Origin: Thermodesulfobacteriota bacterium
Lineage (GTDB): Bacteria > Desulfobacterota_D > UBA1144 > Nemesobacterales > UBA2774
Direction: 5' to 3'
Assembly: GCA_963422265.1 (NCBI GenBank)
Contig: OY729416.1
Location: 416,001 to 480,000 of the forward strand
Length of the DNA stretch: 64,000 nucleotides
Shown: positions 34,394 to 44,067 of the stretch, one piece after another
Layout: each line of letters begins with the position of its first letter
How positions within the stretch are numbered: the first letter of the stretch is position 1
The notes under the pieces: model-generated
What the model was told of the DNA's origin: nothing
The model's database searches: none
The model's input: only the letters and a program-made list of their open reading frames with translations
Translations under genes and position numbers: made by a program

Positions 34394-34530
34394 AGTGAAG
34401 AGTTCTCCTTTCTTGTATATTACGATATTCCTCGCCAGTCTATCACAGCCAGTGGAAATACATAATGGCACGTATTGATTATTTGGCTTTATAATGTAAT
34501 ACTTGTTGCAAAACTTATACGAATAATCCC

Positions 34531-35079
34531 GTGTCCTACAAAATCATAGACTTTTTATTCCAGGCAATCGCCGTCAGGCAGTATCTTATTTTTTCAGGAT
34601 GTTTTTTTGTTTTATTTGCTTCCGTTATGCTTATACTGGAGGCGCAGGTCCTTCCCTTGGGGTGTGCAGGGACAATACCCTTGGAGTTAGCGTTTACAAA
34701 AACTGCTTTTGGTAGCATGATAATTCAGTGTGGGGAAGAGGGCATACTTGCGCATACAACCTTAGCTCGCGTTGACTACCTTTTTATAATTTCCTACGTC
34801 GGGTTTGCAGCTAATCTCCTAGGATATTTGGTGCGAGGAATACAATATAAAAGCGCCCTTTTTTATTTCTCTCTACCATTGCTAGCAGGTCTTATAAATG
34901 TGGTTGAGAACACTCTTTTACTTAACCAACTCTCGGACCCTCACGGGTTAAATGAAATCGTGATATTCCTAGCATCAGCCGCAGCGCTTATGAAATTCTT
35001 ACTAATGGTAATCTCAGCGTCTATTGTTCTATTTTATCTGTTTATACTTATATCAGCAGGCAAGTCTCGTTCCACATAG
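34531..35079 (+). CDS. Hypothetical membrane protein (about 4 TM helices)
   Basis: Hydrophobic segments; DYLFIISY and VVEN motifs. Confidence 0.65.
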   Translation: MSYKIIDFLFQAIAVRQYLIFSGCFFVLFASVMLILEAQVLPLGCAGTIPLELAFTKTAFGSMIIQCGEEGILAHTTLARVDYLFIISYVGFAANLLGYLVRGIQYKSALFYFSLPLLAGLINVVENTLLLNQLSDPHGLNEIVIFLASAAALMKFLLMVISASIVLFYLFILISAGKSRST

Positions 35080-35185
35080 GGTGCGCGTTACGCTTGTCCT
35101 CTCTTCTAAAAAAACAATCCACGGATATAGTACCTAAATGGCGGGGATTACGCGGATGAACGTAGATGGGGAAAGCGGGTAGCAT

Positions 35186-35863
35186 TTAGGTTATATCAGA
35201 AAGTGTTACTGTTTTGTAGCTCATTATGCCAAATACTCGAGAAAACGCTTGAATTACTGTTTCCTCTATTTGACTCATATCTATCTCCTCTCTACTAGCG
35301 AGACAGCGCTGTATTGAGGTCATTGTTACGTCCCGTATACCACAAGGCACAATCATATCAAAATAAGACACGTCCGTATTTACGTTAAGCGCAAACCCGT
35401 GATACGTAATCCATCTCTTTACGCCAACGCCAATTGAGGCGATCTTATGCCTTTTAGTCCATACCCCGGTTACGCCTTCAACCCTTCTTGCTTCAATATC
35501 ATATTCACTGAGTGCAAGGATAATAGTTTCCTCTATGTTCCTAAGATATTTGTGAACGTCACACTCCATGTTTTTGAGGTCCAATACCGGGTAGCCAACC
35601 AATTGTCCCGGACCATGGTAGGTTATATCTCCCCCCCGGCTGACTACCTCAAAGTGAATTCCGTTTTTTTCAAGTGTTTCTTTGTGCGCAAGGAGGTTTT
35701 CCATATTACCCCTCCTTCCAACAGTAAAGGTATGAGGATGCTGAAGAGTAATAAGAGTATCTACAATCTGTCCCTTCCTCCGTTTTTCAAGAAGGATCAA
35801 TTGAAGTTCAAGAGCCTTCTGATAAGGAACAAGTCCTAGCTTGCAGATGTTAAGAAGACTCAT
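35186..35863 (-). CDS. lipB: Lipoyl(octanoyl) transferase
   Basis: QHPHTFTVG, RGGDITYHGPGQLVGYP, KIASIG, HGFALN, IVPCGI; start moved to ATG 35863, after the lpdA stop. Confidence 0.95.
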   Translation of the reverse strand: MSLLNICKLGLVPYQKALELQLILLEKRRKGQIVDTLITLQHPHTFTVGRRGNMENLLAHKETLEKNGIHFEVVSRGGDITYHGPGQLVGYPVLDLKNMECDVHKYLRNIEETIILALSEYDIEARRVEGVTGVWTKRHKIASIGVGVKRWITYHGFALNVNTDVSYFDMIVPCGIRDVTMTSIQRCLASREEIDMSQIEETVIQAFSRVFGIMSYKTVTLSDIT

Positions 35864-35867
35864 ATTG

Positions 35868-37304
35868 CTACATATTTCTAGCTCTACCCATAGAGGCGAG
35901 GGCAGCCTCCATAACGGCTTCGGAAAGGGTAGGGTGAGCATGGGAAGTCGTGGCTATTTCGAGTGGCGTTGTCTCTAGCGTTCTACCGACCGCAATCTCA
36001 CCAATTAGCTCAGTTGCGCCGTGACCTATTATATGAGCGCCTAGAATCTCACCCGTCTTTTTGTCCGATACGATTTTCACAAAACCGTCCGTCTCTCCCG
36101 TGCCTACAGCTTTACCCACTGCCCTAAAGGGGAATTTTCCGACGCTATAATTGTAGCCCTTGTCTTTTACTTGATGCTCGGTGAGTCCGATTGTCGCGAT
36201 CTCAGGCTGACAATATACGCAGCCTGGAATGTTATCGTAATGAACTTTACTGTTTATTAAGCCCGCCATCTTTTCAACCGCCGCTACGCCCTCTTCAGAA
36301 GCTTTATGAGCAAGTAAAGGCGGTCCTATAACGTCTCCAATAGCATAGACTTTGCTGCAAGTCGTCATATAAGATTCATCCGTCTTGATAAAGCCTCTCT
36401 CATCAACTTCTATCCCAAGCTCGCTTAGCCCTATGTCTCCTGACTTTTTATAATAGCTGAGGGATGACGGCGCATCATTTGATACTGGCCTTCTACCTAC
36501 GGCGACGAGCACTGTCGAGGCAGTTATCTTAATCTCTTCGTTACTACCAATACTCTCAAGTATCACATCAATTGTGCTACGTTTTTTCTTGATTTTTTTG
36601 AATTTTGTCTTTGTCAGTATGGTCATTCCATTTTTCTTAAAAATCCTTTCAAGCTCTTTAGACACCTCTTGATCCGCACCGGGCAGGAGATAGTCCATCA
36701 TCTCGACAATAGTGACATTACTACCAAAAGAATTATATATATAGGCGAATTCTGCCCCGATGTAACCACCGCCGATTATAACGACCGACTTAGGAATCTC
36801 TTTATGAAAAATGGCTTCATCACTTGTTACCACAAGCCTCGCATCTATTTCAAGTCCGGGAAGGGTCATAGGGACAGATCCTGTTGCTATCATGATCTTA
36901 TCCGTATCTACTTCTAACTGTTCCTTTTCGTTCGTAACGCCAACCTTCCCCTTTGAGATAAGCTTACCTACTCCATTAAAAAGCGTGATCTTGTTTTTCT
37001 TAAACAGGTATTCTACACCTTTATTGAGTGTGGCGGAAGCCTTTCTACTCTTGTCTATAACCTTAGAATAATCATAAGAGAGTTCTTTATATTCTATTCC
37101 AAACTCTTTGGAATTATTGAAGTATTCATATACTTCTGCGCATTTAAGTATGGATTTGGATGGGATACAGCCCCAATTGAGACATACGCCACCGGGTTTA
37201 TCCCTTTCAATCACCGCAACGTTCATTCCAAGCTGCGCCGCCCTAATTGCGGATATATAGCCACCTGGTCCAGATCCTATTATAGTTAAATCATACTTTT
37301 TCAT
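35868..37304 (-). CDS. lpdA: Dihydrolipoyl dehydrogenase
   Basis: GSGPGG, GGVCLNWGCIPSK, GGGYIGAE, HAHPTLSE. Confidence 0.96.
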   Translation of the reverse strand: MKKYDLTIIGSGPGGYISAIRAAQLGMNVAVIERDKPGGVCLNWGCIPSKSILKCAEVYEYFNNSKEFGIEYKELSYDYSKVIDKSRKASATLNKGVEYLFKKNKITLFNGVGKLISKGKVGVTNEKEQLEVDTDKIMIATGSVPMTLPGLEIDARLVVTSDEAIFHKEIPKSVVIIGGGYIGAEFAYIYNSFGSNVTIVEMMDYLLPGADQEVSKELERIFKKNGMTILTKTKFKKIKKKRSTIDVILESIGSNEEIKITASTVLVAVGRRPVSNDAPSSLSYYKKSGDIGLSELGIEVDERGFIKTDESYMTTCSKVYAIGDVIGPPLLAHKASEEGVAAVEKMAGLINSKVHYDNIPGCVYCQPEIATIGLTEHQVKDKGYNYSVGKFPFRAVGKAVGTGETDGFVKIVSDKKTGEILGAHIIGHGATELIGEIAVGRTLETTPLEIATTSHAHPTLSEAVMEAALASMGRARNM

Positions 37305-37386
37305 AAGTGCCTTTTTATTATATACCTAATTACTTTATGGTCAATGTTTACATGGGAAAGGCTTGCGAAAATAATGTAAAATCCCA

Positions 37387-40110
37387 ATGGTGTTAAATGC
37401 TAAAAAATATGCAAAAAGGAACAAAATGAATAGGAAAAACGAGCAACATAAGAAAATTGCAGGACTTGAGGCGCAAGAGACAAAGGAATGGCTTGATTCC
37501 CTTGATTACGTTCTTGAGACAAGCGGGTCGGAGCGCGTAGTCAGGCTAATTAATGAACTTAGAACGCACGCTAGGGAGAGGGGCGTCAATCCATCCTTCG
37601 CTGCAAATACCCCTTACATGAATACTATCCCAGCGGAGAGACAAGTTCCGTATCCGGGCGACCCTGAGATTGAGTGGAAAATCAGGAGCCTAATACGTTG
37701 GAACGCAATGGCTATGGTGGTGCGCGCTAACCGTAAAGAAGAGGGTATAGGGGGTCATATATCGACCTTTGCTTCCGCCGCCGCCCTATATGAGGTGGCG
37801 TTTAACCACTTCCTCAGGGGTAAAAGCGAAGATCATGAAGGCGACATTGTCTATTTCCAGGGTCATGCGGCTCCCGGAATTTACGCCCGTGCTTTTCTTG
37901 AGGGGCGATTTTCTATAGAGCAACTTCAGAATTTCAGGCAAGAGACAAAATCCAAAAGGGGACTCTCGTCGTATCCTCATCCATGGCTTATGCCTGATTT
38001 CTGGCAATTTCCTACCGTATCTATGGGGCTGAGTCCAATTATGGCTATCTATCAGGCGAGATTTAACCGCTATTTGGAGGATAGGAAGTTAAAAGAGCGC
38101 ACCGACGCGAAAGTATGGTCTTTTCTGGGTGATGGCGAGACGGATGAACCTGAAACACTCGGAGCGATTACGCTTGCGTCACGGGAAAAGCTCGACAACC
38201 TGATTGTTGTCGTGAATTGTAACCTTCAGCGTCTGGATGGGCCGGTAAGGGGAAATGGGAAAATCATACAAGAGCTAGAAGCTATATTCAGAGGCGCAGG
38301 CTGGAACGTAATTAAAGTAATTTGGGGGAGTAATTGGGATTCTTTATTGGCTAAAGATAAAGATGGGGTGTTGATAAAAAGGATGGGAACTGCGCTTGAT
38401 GGGGATTATCAAAAGTATTCCGTAGCCTCAGGTGAATACATAAGAAACCATTTCTTCGGTACTGACCCAAGACTTCAAGAAATGGTAAAAGATTTGTCGG
38501 ATGAACAGCTTCAGAAATTGAGACGAGGAGGGCATGATCCAGAGAAGGTTTATCCTGCTTATAAGGCAGCGGTGGAACATGTGGGATCGCCTACCGTGAT
38601 TCTCGCTAAAACGATAAAAGGTTACGGGCTTGGAGAAGCAGGGGAGGGTAGAAACGTTACGCACCAGCAGAAGAAACTGAATGAAGACGAGCTAAAAGAG
38701 TTTAGGACTCGTTTCGCAATACCTATTTCTGATGAAGACGTCTCCAGAGCACCTTTTTACAAAGCACCGGAAGACAGCCTAGAAATCAAATACCTTAAAA
38801 AAAGGAGGAATGAGTTAGGAGGCTATTTACCCAAGCGTCAGGTGAGATGCGAGGCGCTTGAACCACCTTCTAGGCAATTATTTGAAGAATTCTATGGAGA
38901 TTCAGGTAGAAGAGAGGTAGCCACCACAATGGCTTTGGTAAAAATGCTTGCCAAGATGTTAAGGGATAAAGGCATTGGCAAATATATCGTGCCCATAGTG
39001 CCTGATGAAGCGCGCACTTTTGGAATGGAAGCGTTGTTCAGGCAGGTGGGAATTTATTCGCACGTGGGACAACTCTATGAGCCTGTTGACAAACAAGTGC
39101 TCCTTTACTACAAGGAGGCTGTGAACGGCCAGATACTGGAAGAAGGGATAACAGAAGCAGGTTCAATGTCCTCTTTCATAGCGGCGGGCACCTCTTATGC
39201 GACCCATGGGATAAATATGATCCCGTTCTTCATTTTCTACTCTATGTTTGGTTTTCAGAGAATCGGTGATCTTGTGTGGGCTGCTGCTGACGCAAGATGT
39301 AAAGGCTTTATGGTAGGTGGAACATCGGGTAGAACAACACTTGCAGGCGAAGGGTTACAACATCAGGACGGACACAGCCATTTACTTGCCTATCCGGTGC
39401 CCAATCTAAAAGCGTATGACCCTGCTTTCGCCTATGAAATCGCTGTTATAATAGAGGACGGGATAAGGCGAATGTATCATGAGCAGGAAGATATTTTCTA
39501 CTATATAACTGTAATGAACGAGACTTATAAGCAGCCTTCTATGCCTAAAGGTTCAAGGGATGGCATATTAAAGGGTATGTATAAGTTCAAAGACGCTGAG
39601 AGTAAGGATATGGAACTCCGCGCTCAGCTCTTTGGAAGTGGAGCAATTCTTAATGAGGTTCTTAGGGCGCAGGAGATATTGGAAAAGGAATACAGCGTCG
39701 CGGCAGATGTCTGGAGCGTAACTAGCTATAAGGAGCTATATAGGAACGGTCTTGAAACTGAACGTTGGAACATGCTTCACCCCCTTGAGATTAAGAGGAT
39801 TTCCTATATCACGGAGTGTGTTAAGGATGCTCCAGGGGTCTTCGTAGCAGCCTCTGATTACGTAAAAGCTCTTCCCGATTCAATCTCTCAGTGGCTGCCC
39901 CGTCCGCTAATTTCGCTTGGAACAGACGGTTTCGGAAGGAGCGCAGGGAGAAAGGGATTAAGGGATTTTTTTGAAGTTGATTGGAGATATATCACCCTAG
40001 CGGTTCTGGCTTCTCTTGCTTGGGAGAAGAAGCTAAAGCCTGAAGTTGTTGAGAAAGCTATCCGGGATTTGGATGTCAACCCAAGCAAGGCAAATCCTAT
40101 GCTTGCATAA
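37387..40110 (+). CDS. aceE: Pyruvate dehydrogenase E1, homodimeric type
   Basis: RWNAMAMV, GGH, LSSYPHPW, GDGE...NCNLQRLDGPV, GEGLQHQDG. Confidence 0.96.
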   Translation: MVLNAKKYAKRNKMNRKNEQHKKIAGLEAQETKEWLDSLDYVLETSGSERVVRLINELRTHARERGVNPSFAANTPYMNTIPAERQVPYPGDPEIEWKIRSLIRWNAMAMVVRANRKEEGIGGHISTFASAAALYEVAFNHFLRGKSEDHEGDIVYFQGHAAPGIYARAFLEGRFSIEQLQNFRQETKSKRGLSSYPHPWLMPDFWQFPTVSMGLSPIMAIYQARFNRYLEDRKLKERTDAKVWSFLGDGETDEPETLGAITLASREKLDNLIVVVNCNLQRLDGPVRGNGKIIQELEAIFRGAGWNVIKVIWGSNWDSLLAKDKDGVLIKRMGTALDGDYQKYSVASGEYIRNHFFGTDPRLQEMVKDLSDEQLQKLRRGGHDPEKVYPAYKAAVEHVGSPTVILAKTIKGYGLGEAGEGRNVTHQQKKLNEDELKEFRTRFAIPISDEDVSRAPFYKAPEDSLEIKYLKKRRNELGGYLPKRQVRCEALEPPSRQLFEEFYGDSGRREVATTMALVKMLAKMLRDKGIGKYIVPIVPDEARTFGMEALFRQVGIYSHVGQLYEPVDKQVLLYYKEAVNGQILEEGITEAGSMSSFIAAGTSYATHGINMIPFFIFYSMFGFQRIGDLVWAAADARCKGFMVGGTSGRTTLAGEGLQHQDGHSHLLAYPVPNLKAYDPAFAYEIAVIIEDGIRRMYHEQEDIFYYITVMNETYKQPSMPKGSRDGILKGMYKFKDAESKDMELRAQLFGSGAILNEVLRAQEILEKEYSVAADVWSVTSYKELYRNGLETERWNMLHPLEIKRISYITECVKDAPGVFVAASDYVKALPDSISQWLPRPLISLGTDGFGRSAGRKGLRDFFEVDWRYITLAVLASLAWEKKLKPEVVEKAIRDLDVNPSKANPMLA

Positions 40111-40164
40111 TTTAAAATAGTTCTATTTGTTACATGTTAAATCTAATAAATACGGTGAGAATGA

Positions 40165-41529
40165 GTGATTATACGGTATAGACTTCCCGAACTGGGCGAG
40201 GGCATTGAAACGGCTGATGTTGTAGGCGTATTCGTTTCTCCGGGAGATGAAGTGGCGGAGGAGCAGCCACTTATGGAGATTGAAACTGATAAAGCAGCGG
40301 TTGAAATCCCCGCCCCCGTTGTTGGCATGGTAGAAGAGGTTCTAATTAAAGAAGGGGATAAAATTAACGTAGGACAATTGCTTATTACCATCAAACACAA
40401 AGGATTAAAGAACGAGAACGTTAAGTCTAAAGAGGCAGGGCAAGAGGTAGTGCATCCAGAGAGCAAAACCCTTCAGAGAGCGTCTGGCAGGAAATTTGAA
40501 GAGTATCGCGCCGAAGATATTGAGATTTCCACTACTCAGGAGACTGTAACCGTTGAAGATGAGACTGCATTCACAAAAGAATCCAAAACCGATTTCCCTA
40601 GTTTAATTCCTGCCTCTCCCTCGGTCAGACGGCTAGCGCGCGAGGCAGGCTTAGATCTAAACTTTATAAAGGGATCGGGAGCGGGGGGAAGGATTTTAAT
40701 TGATGATATAAACAAATACTTAGATGGTAGGAAAACAGGAGAGAAGCCGACAATAAAGAAAACGCCTACGGCACCTATTGTATCGCAGATGGCTACGAAT
40801 CCTAACGAGCTTCCCGATTTTAATAAATGGGGGAGAATAGAGAAGGTAGCTATGTCAAATGTCAGAAGACTCACGGCGGAGCGCGTTACCAAAGCCTGGA
40901 CGGTGCCTCACGTAACTCAATACGACAAGGCGGACATTACCGAGCTCGACAAGTTAAGGAAGCGATATGCAGAGAACGACAACAAAGCTAGTAATAAGCT
41001 AACGGTAACGTCAATTATACTTAAATTTGTTGCTTCTGCTCTTAAGATGTTTCCTAAGTTTAACGCTAGCGTTGACGTAGATAATGGGGAAATAGTCTAT
41101 AAGAAATACTATAACGTGGGCGTCGCGGTAGATACGGATAGAGGACTCATGGTGCCTGTAATAAAAGACGTTGACAAGAAGAACATTAGTCAAATAGCAG
41201 TTGAGTTAATCAACTTATCCGAAAGGGCACGGTCAAAGAAAATATCCGTTGAGGAGCTTCAAGGAGGTACCTTCACGGTAAGCAACCTGGGCAGTATAGG
41301 GGGGACATACTTCTCGCCACTAGTCAATGCCCCAGAAGTAGCCATACTTGGTATTTCAAGGTCCTCAGTGGAACCAGTTTACGTAGAGGGAGAGTTCACG
41401 CCTAGACTTATGCTCCCACTTTCACTCTCTTATGACCATCGTTTAATAGACGGTGCAGACGCGATTAGGTTTCTAAGCTGGATAGTCAAAGCGTTGGAGG
41501 ATCCGTTTAAGGTATCTTTGGAAGGCTAG
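40165..41529 (+). CDS. aceF: Dihydrolipoamide acetyltransferase E2 (single lipoyl domain)
   Basis: ETDKA lipoyl Lys, ASPSVRRLARE, YDHRLIDGA. Confidence 0.93.
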   Translation: MIIRYRLPELGEGIETADVVGVFVSPGDEVAEEQPLMEIETDKAAVEIPAPVVGMVEEVLIKEGDKINVGQLLITIKHKGLKNENVKSKEAGQEVVHPESKTLQRASGRKFEEYRAEDIEISTTQETVTVEDETAFTKESKTDFPSLIPASPSVRRLAREAGLDLNFIKGSGAGGRILIDDINKYLDGRKTGEKPTIKKTPTAPIVSQMATNPNELPDFNKWGRIEKVAMSNVRRLTAERVTKAWTVPHVTQYDKADITELDKLRKRYAENDNKASNKLTVTSIILKFVASALKMFPKFNASVDVDNGEIVYKKYYNVGVAVDTDRGLMVPVIKDVDKKNISQIAVELINLSERARSKKISVEELQGGTFTVSNLGSIGGTYFSPLVNAPEVAILGISRSSVEPVYVEGEFTPRLMLPLSLSYDHRLIDGADAIRFLSWIVKALEDPFKVSLEG

Positions 41530-41572
41530 CGCGGCGCAAGCAGTGAGCGCAGAAAGCAAATCTACACCAGTA

Positions 41573-41601
41573 TTGCATTTTTAGACGTAAAGTCTTAAAA
41601 T
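41573..41601 (+). promoter_or_regulatory. Sigma70-type promoter with overlapping inverted repeat, upstream of the hypothetical ORF and Zorya
   Basis: TTGCAT (41573-41578) - 17 nt - TAAAAT (41596-41601); inverted repeat ATTTTTAGAC-GTAAA-GTCTTAAAAT (9/10 match). Confidence 0.5.
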
Positions 41602-41635
41602 AGCCTTAATATTTGCCCCACGGATATAGAAACAT

Positions 41636-41974
41636 ATGGACATGTTCATCTCAATGAAGGCTGAGACCTTAAATAAGGGTATTTACTTCAAAGAAACTTG
41701 GATGATGCAAATGCCCACAGCTCAAGGGTCAGGACACTTTGTGGCGGAGTTCAGGGAAGGAGACGAAGATAAGCTCAAGATATTGAAGAGATATGTAGCA
41801 ATACTTCGGGATAAGCTAAACGGTGAAGAAGGGTTTTTCATTGAGCATACGTCTATAGGTTTTAAGCTATACAAGCCAGTTGACGAAGGTATAGAGTATA
41901 TGGACGCATGGGAAAACTGGGTCAAGTTCACAAGAAGGCTCTGTAGAGAGCTAGGGGAGGTCGTGGGGGAGTAG
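41636..41974 (+). CDS. Hypothetical protein immediately upstream of zorA
   Basis: 112-aa ORF with protein-like composition; no recognisable motif. Confidence 0.7.
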   Translation: MDMFISMKAETLNKGIYFKETWMMQMPTAQGSGHFVAEFREGDEDKLKILKRYVAILRDKLNGEEGFFIEHTSIGFKLYKPVDEGIEYMDAWENWVKFTRRLCRELGEVVGE

Positions 41975-42023
41975 TGGGAGTGTCAAAACGAGAAGGTTTG
42001 GAGGGCTCTCTTAAGGTAACGCT

Positions 42024-44060
42024 ATGATATGGCAGGATAAAATATCAAATTTTATAATAAATCCAATTACAATATATTCTTACTGCGCGTTAATTTCTGT
42101 ATTTGCAACCTATTATTTCATCAAGACTTGGAAAAGTATCAAGGAAATTTCTGAAGCTCTTGATGGGGCAATTGAGATAGTCACAGAAAATTCATCCCAA
42201 GAATCTAGAATCAAAATAGATTTTTATAACAACTTTAATGAAATTGATGATAAACTTAGGGAAATCCCACGATTATCTTATTATTGGGAAGAGTTTACCG
42301 AGAATCTAATCCATCCACCTGAGGATGAGAACAACAATATCGTATTAAATAGTCGTTTCCCATGCGACTATTTTGACGCTCAGGATCTCCTTGATAAACA
42401 AATAAACCTCAGACTAATTTTATCACTACCAAATATTTTAATTGGATTGGGGATATTAGGAACCTTCATCGGTTTGACAGCCGGAATATACTTGGCGTCA
42501 AGTGGTCTTGCCTCCAACAACCCGGAGCTTCTGACCTCGGCACTGGGGAAACTTTTAGAAGGTGCTTCGCTTGCCTTCTTCACTTCAATTACGGGCATTA
42601 TTTTATCAATTCTCTTTACTTTATGGAAAAAGCACGCAGTGAAAAAGGTAATCTCATCAACTGCAAGCTTTGTAAAAGCACTTGATGAACGACTTGAATA
42701 CCAAACGCAAGAGAAACTTACTTATGAAAGAGTTCAACGAATTTTGCAGCAACAATATAAAGCCCTAAATTCTTTCGCTACGGATCTTGCTGTTTCAATA
42801 GGGGATAATATAAAACAGCAAGTGGGAGAACCTCTCAATCAGAGGTTAAATGAATTTGTTAGCGTAATTAAGGATCTTGACGCTAGTCAAAGATCAACTT
42901 TAGACAAAGTCTCCGGGGAAATATCTGGAGCTGTTCACGATACTGTTGGTAGTGAAGTATCAGCACTTTCAGATACCTTAAAGTCTTCAAATACGATGTT
43001 ACAAGGCATGCTGAAGAGTATGCAGGATCAGCAACAGAATCTCGAGGGTGGCACTTTAAAGATAACGGAGCAATTACAGCGGAGCACAATAGAGAATAAC
43101 GAAAGGATGCAGCAAAAGATGAAAGATTCAATAGAGGAGTTCTCTGATTCATTAACGGAATCAACGCAAACCGCGTCGCAGACGTTTGTAGATAGTGCCA
43201 GCAAGTTTGCCGGGGAAATATCTGGAGCTGTTCACGATACTATTGGTAGTGAAGTATCAGCACTTTCAGATACCTTAAAGTCTTCAAATACGATGTTACA
43301 AGGCATGCTGAAGAGTATGCAGGATCAGCAACAGAATCTCGAGGGTGGCACTTTAAAGATAACGGAGCAATTACAGCGGAGCACAATAGAGAATAACGAA
43401 AGGATGCAGCAAAAGATGAAAGATTCAATAGAGGAGTTCTCTGATTCATTAATGGAATCAACGCAAACCGCGTCGCAGACGTTTGTAGATAGTGCCAGCA
43501 AGTTTTCAACGGAGGTTGTCGGGGTTCTCTCTGAGTTTAATCATGCGGTAGAGGCGTTTAAGTCTGCCTCGTCCGTATTGAACAAGACGGTTGAAATACT
43601 ACCTGAAAATTCTATCGCTTTTGATGAAGCGGCATCAAGCGTTAAAAGCGCAAGCGATGAACTAAGGATTACTGTAAACAACCTTTCAAATACCAATACT
43701 TCTATACGAAATGCCATTGCCGAATGCTCTCAAATCGCTGAGCAAGCCGGCGAGACTTCCGCTGTAATCGAAGAATTAGTAGAACAAATCAAGGGATTAT
43801 TAGAACGAGCTTCGGAATATAATGAAAATCTCAAAAACATCTGGAAGGATTATCAAAGTAGATTTGAAGGAGTGGATGTTTCCACCAAACTGATGTTTGA
43901 AGCTATTAATAAAGGTCTTAACTCTTATACAGGCGAAATAGGAAAATTCTCTAAAGATGTAGATTCTATGTTTGCTAAGGGCATGGATAAGATGTCTGGA
44001 GCCATTTTAGAGTTAAGTGAAGCAATTGAGGGTTTTGAGGAGGAGCTGAGGAGGGAATAA
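42024..44060 (+). CDS. zorA: Zorya anti-phage system ZorA (MotA-like TM domain plus long helical tail)
   Basis: N-terminal TM, MotA/ExbB-like LPNILIGLGILGTFIGL and AFFTSITG helices, then more than 450 aa of Ser/Glu/Gln-rich predicted helical tail; operon context. Confidence 0.9.
   Translation: MIWQDKISNFIINPITIYSYCALISVFATYYFIKTWKSIKEISEALDGAIEIVTENSSQESRIKIDFYNNFNEIDDKLREIPRLSYYWEEFTENLIHPPEDENNNIVLNSRFPCDYFDAQDLLDKQINLRLILSLPNILIGLGILGTFIGLTAGIYLASSGLASNNPELLTSALGKLLEGASLAFFTSITGIILSILFTLWKKHAVKKVISSTASFVKALDERLEYQTQEKLTYERVQRILQQQYKALNSFATDLAVSIGDNIKQQVGEPLNQRLNEFVSVIKDLDASQRSTLDKVSGEISGAVHDTVGSEVSALSDTLKSSNTMLQGMLKSMQDQQQNLEGGTLKITEQLQRSTIENNERMQQKMKDSIEEFSDSLTESTQTASQTFVDSASKFAGEISGAVHDTIGSEVSALSDTLKSSNTMLQGMLKSMQDQQQNLEGGTLKITEQLQRSTIENNERMQQKMKDSIEEFSDSLMESTQTASQTFVDSASKFSTEVVGVLSEFNHAVEAFKSASSVLNKTVEILPENSIAFDEAASSVKSASDELRITVNNLSNTNTSIRNAIAECSQIAEQAGETSAVIEELVEQIKGLLERASEYNENLKNIWKDYQSRFEGVDVSTKLMFEAINKGLNSYTGEIGKFSKDVDSMFAKGMDKMSGAILELSEAIEGFEEELRRE
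42913..43506 (+). repeat. In-frame 297-bp (99-aa) tandem duplication within the zorA tail
   Basis: Copy 1 is 42913-43209 and copy 2 is 43210-43506. They are identical except GTT/ATT (V/I), ACG/ATG (T/M) and the last base. Confidence 0.97.
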
Positions 44061-44067
44061 AGCCACT

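Noticed and set aside
35115-35170. Degenerate 9-bp repeats (GGATTACGC-GGATGAACG-TAGAT) between convergent genes
   Set aside because: Too short and degenerate to call a repeat family from this window alone
42913-43506. zorA repeat as a CRISPR array, transposon or DGR template/variable repeat pair
   Set aside because: No spacers, terminal repeats or reverse transcriptase; only two substitutions; it is an in-frame coding duplication
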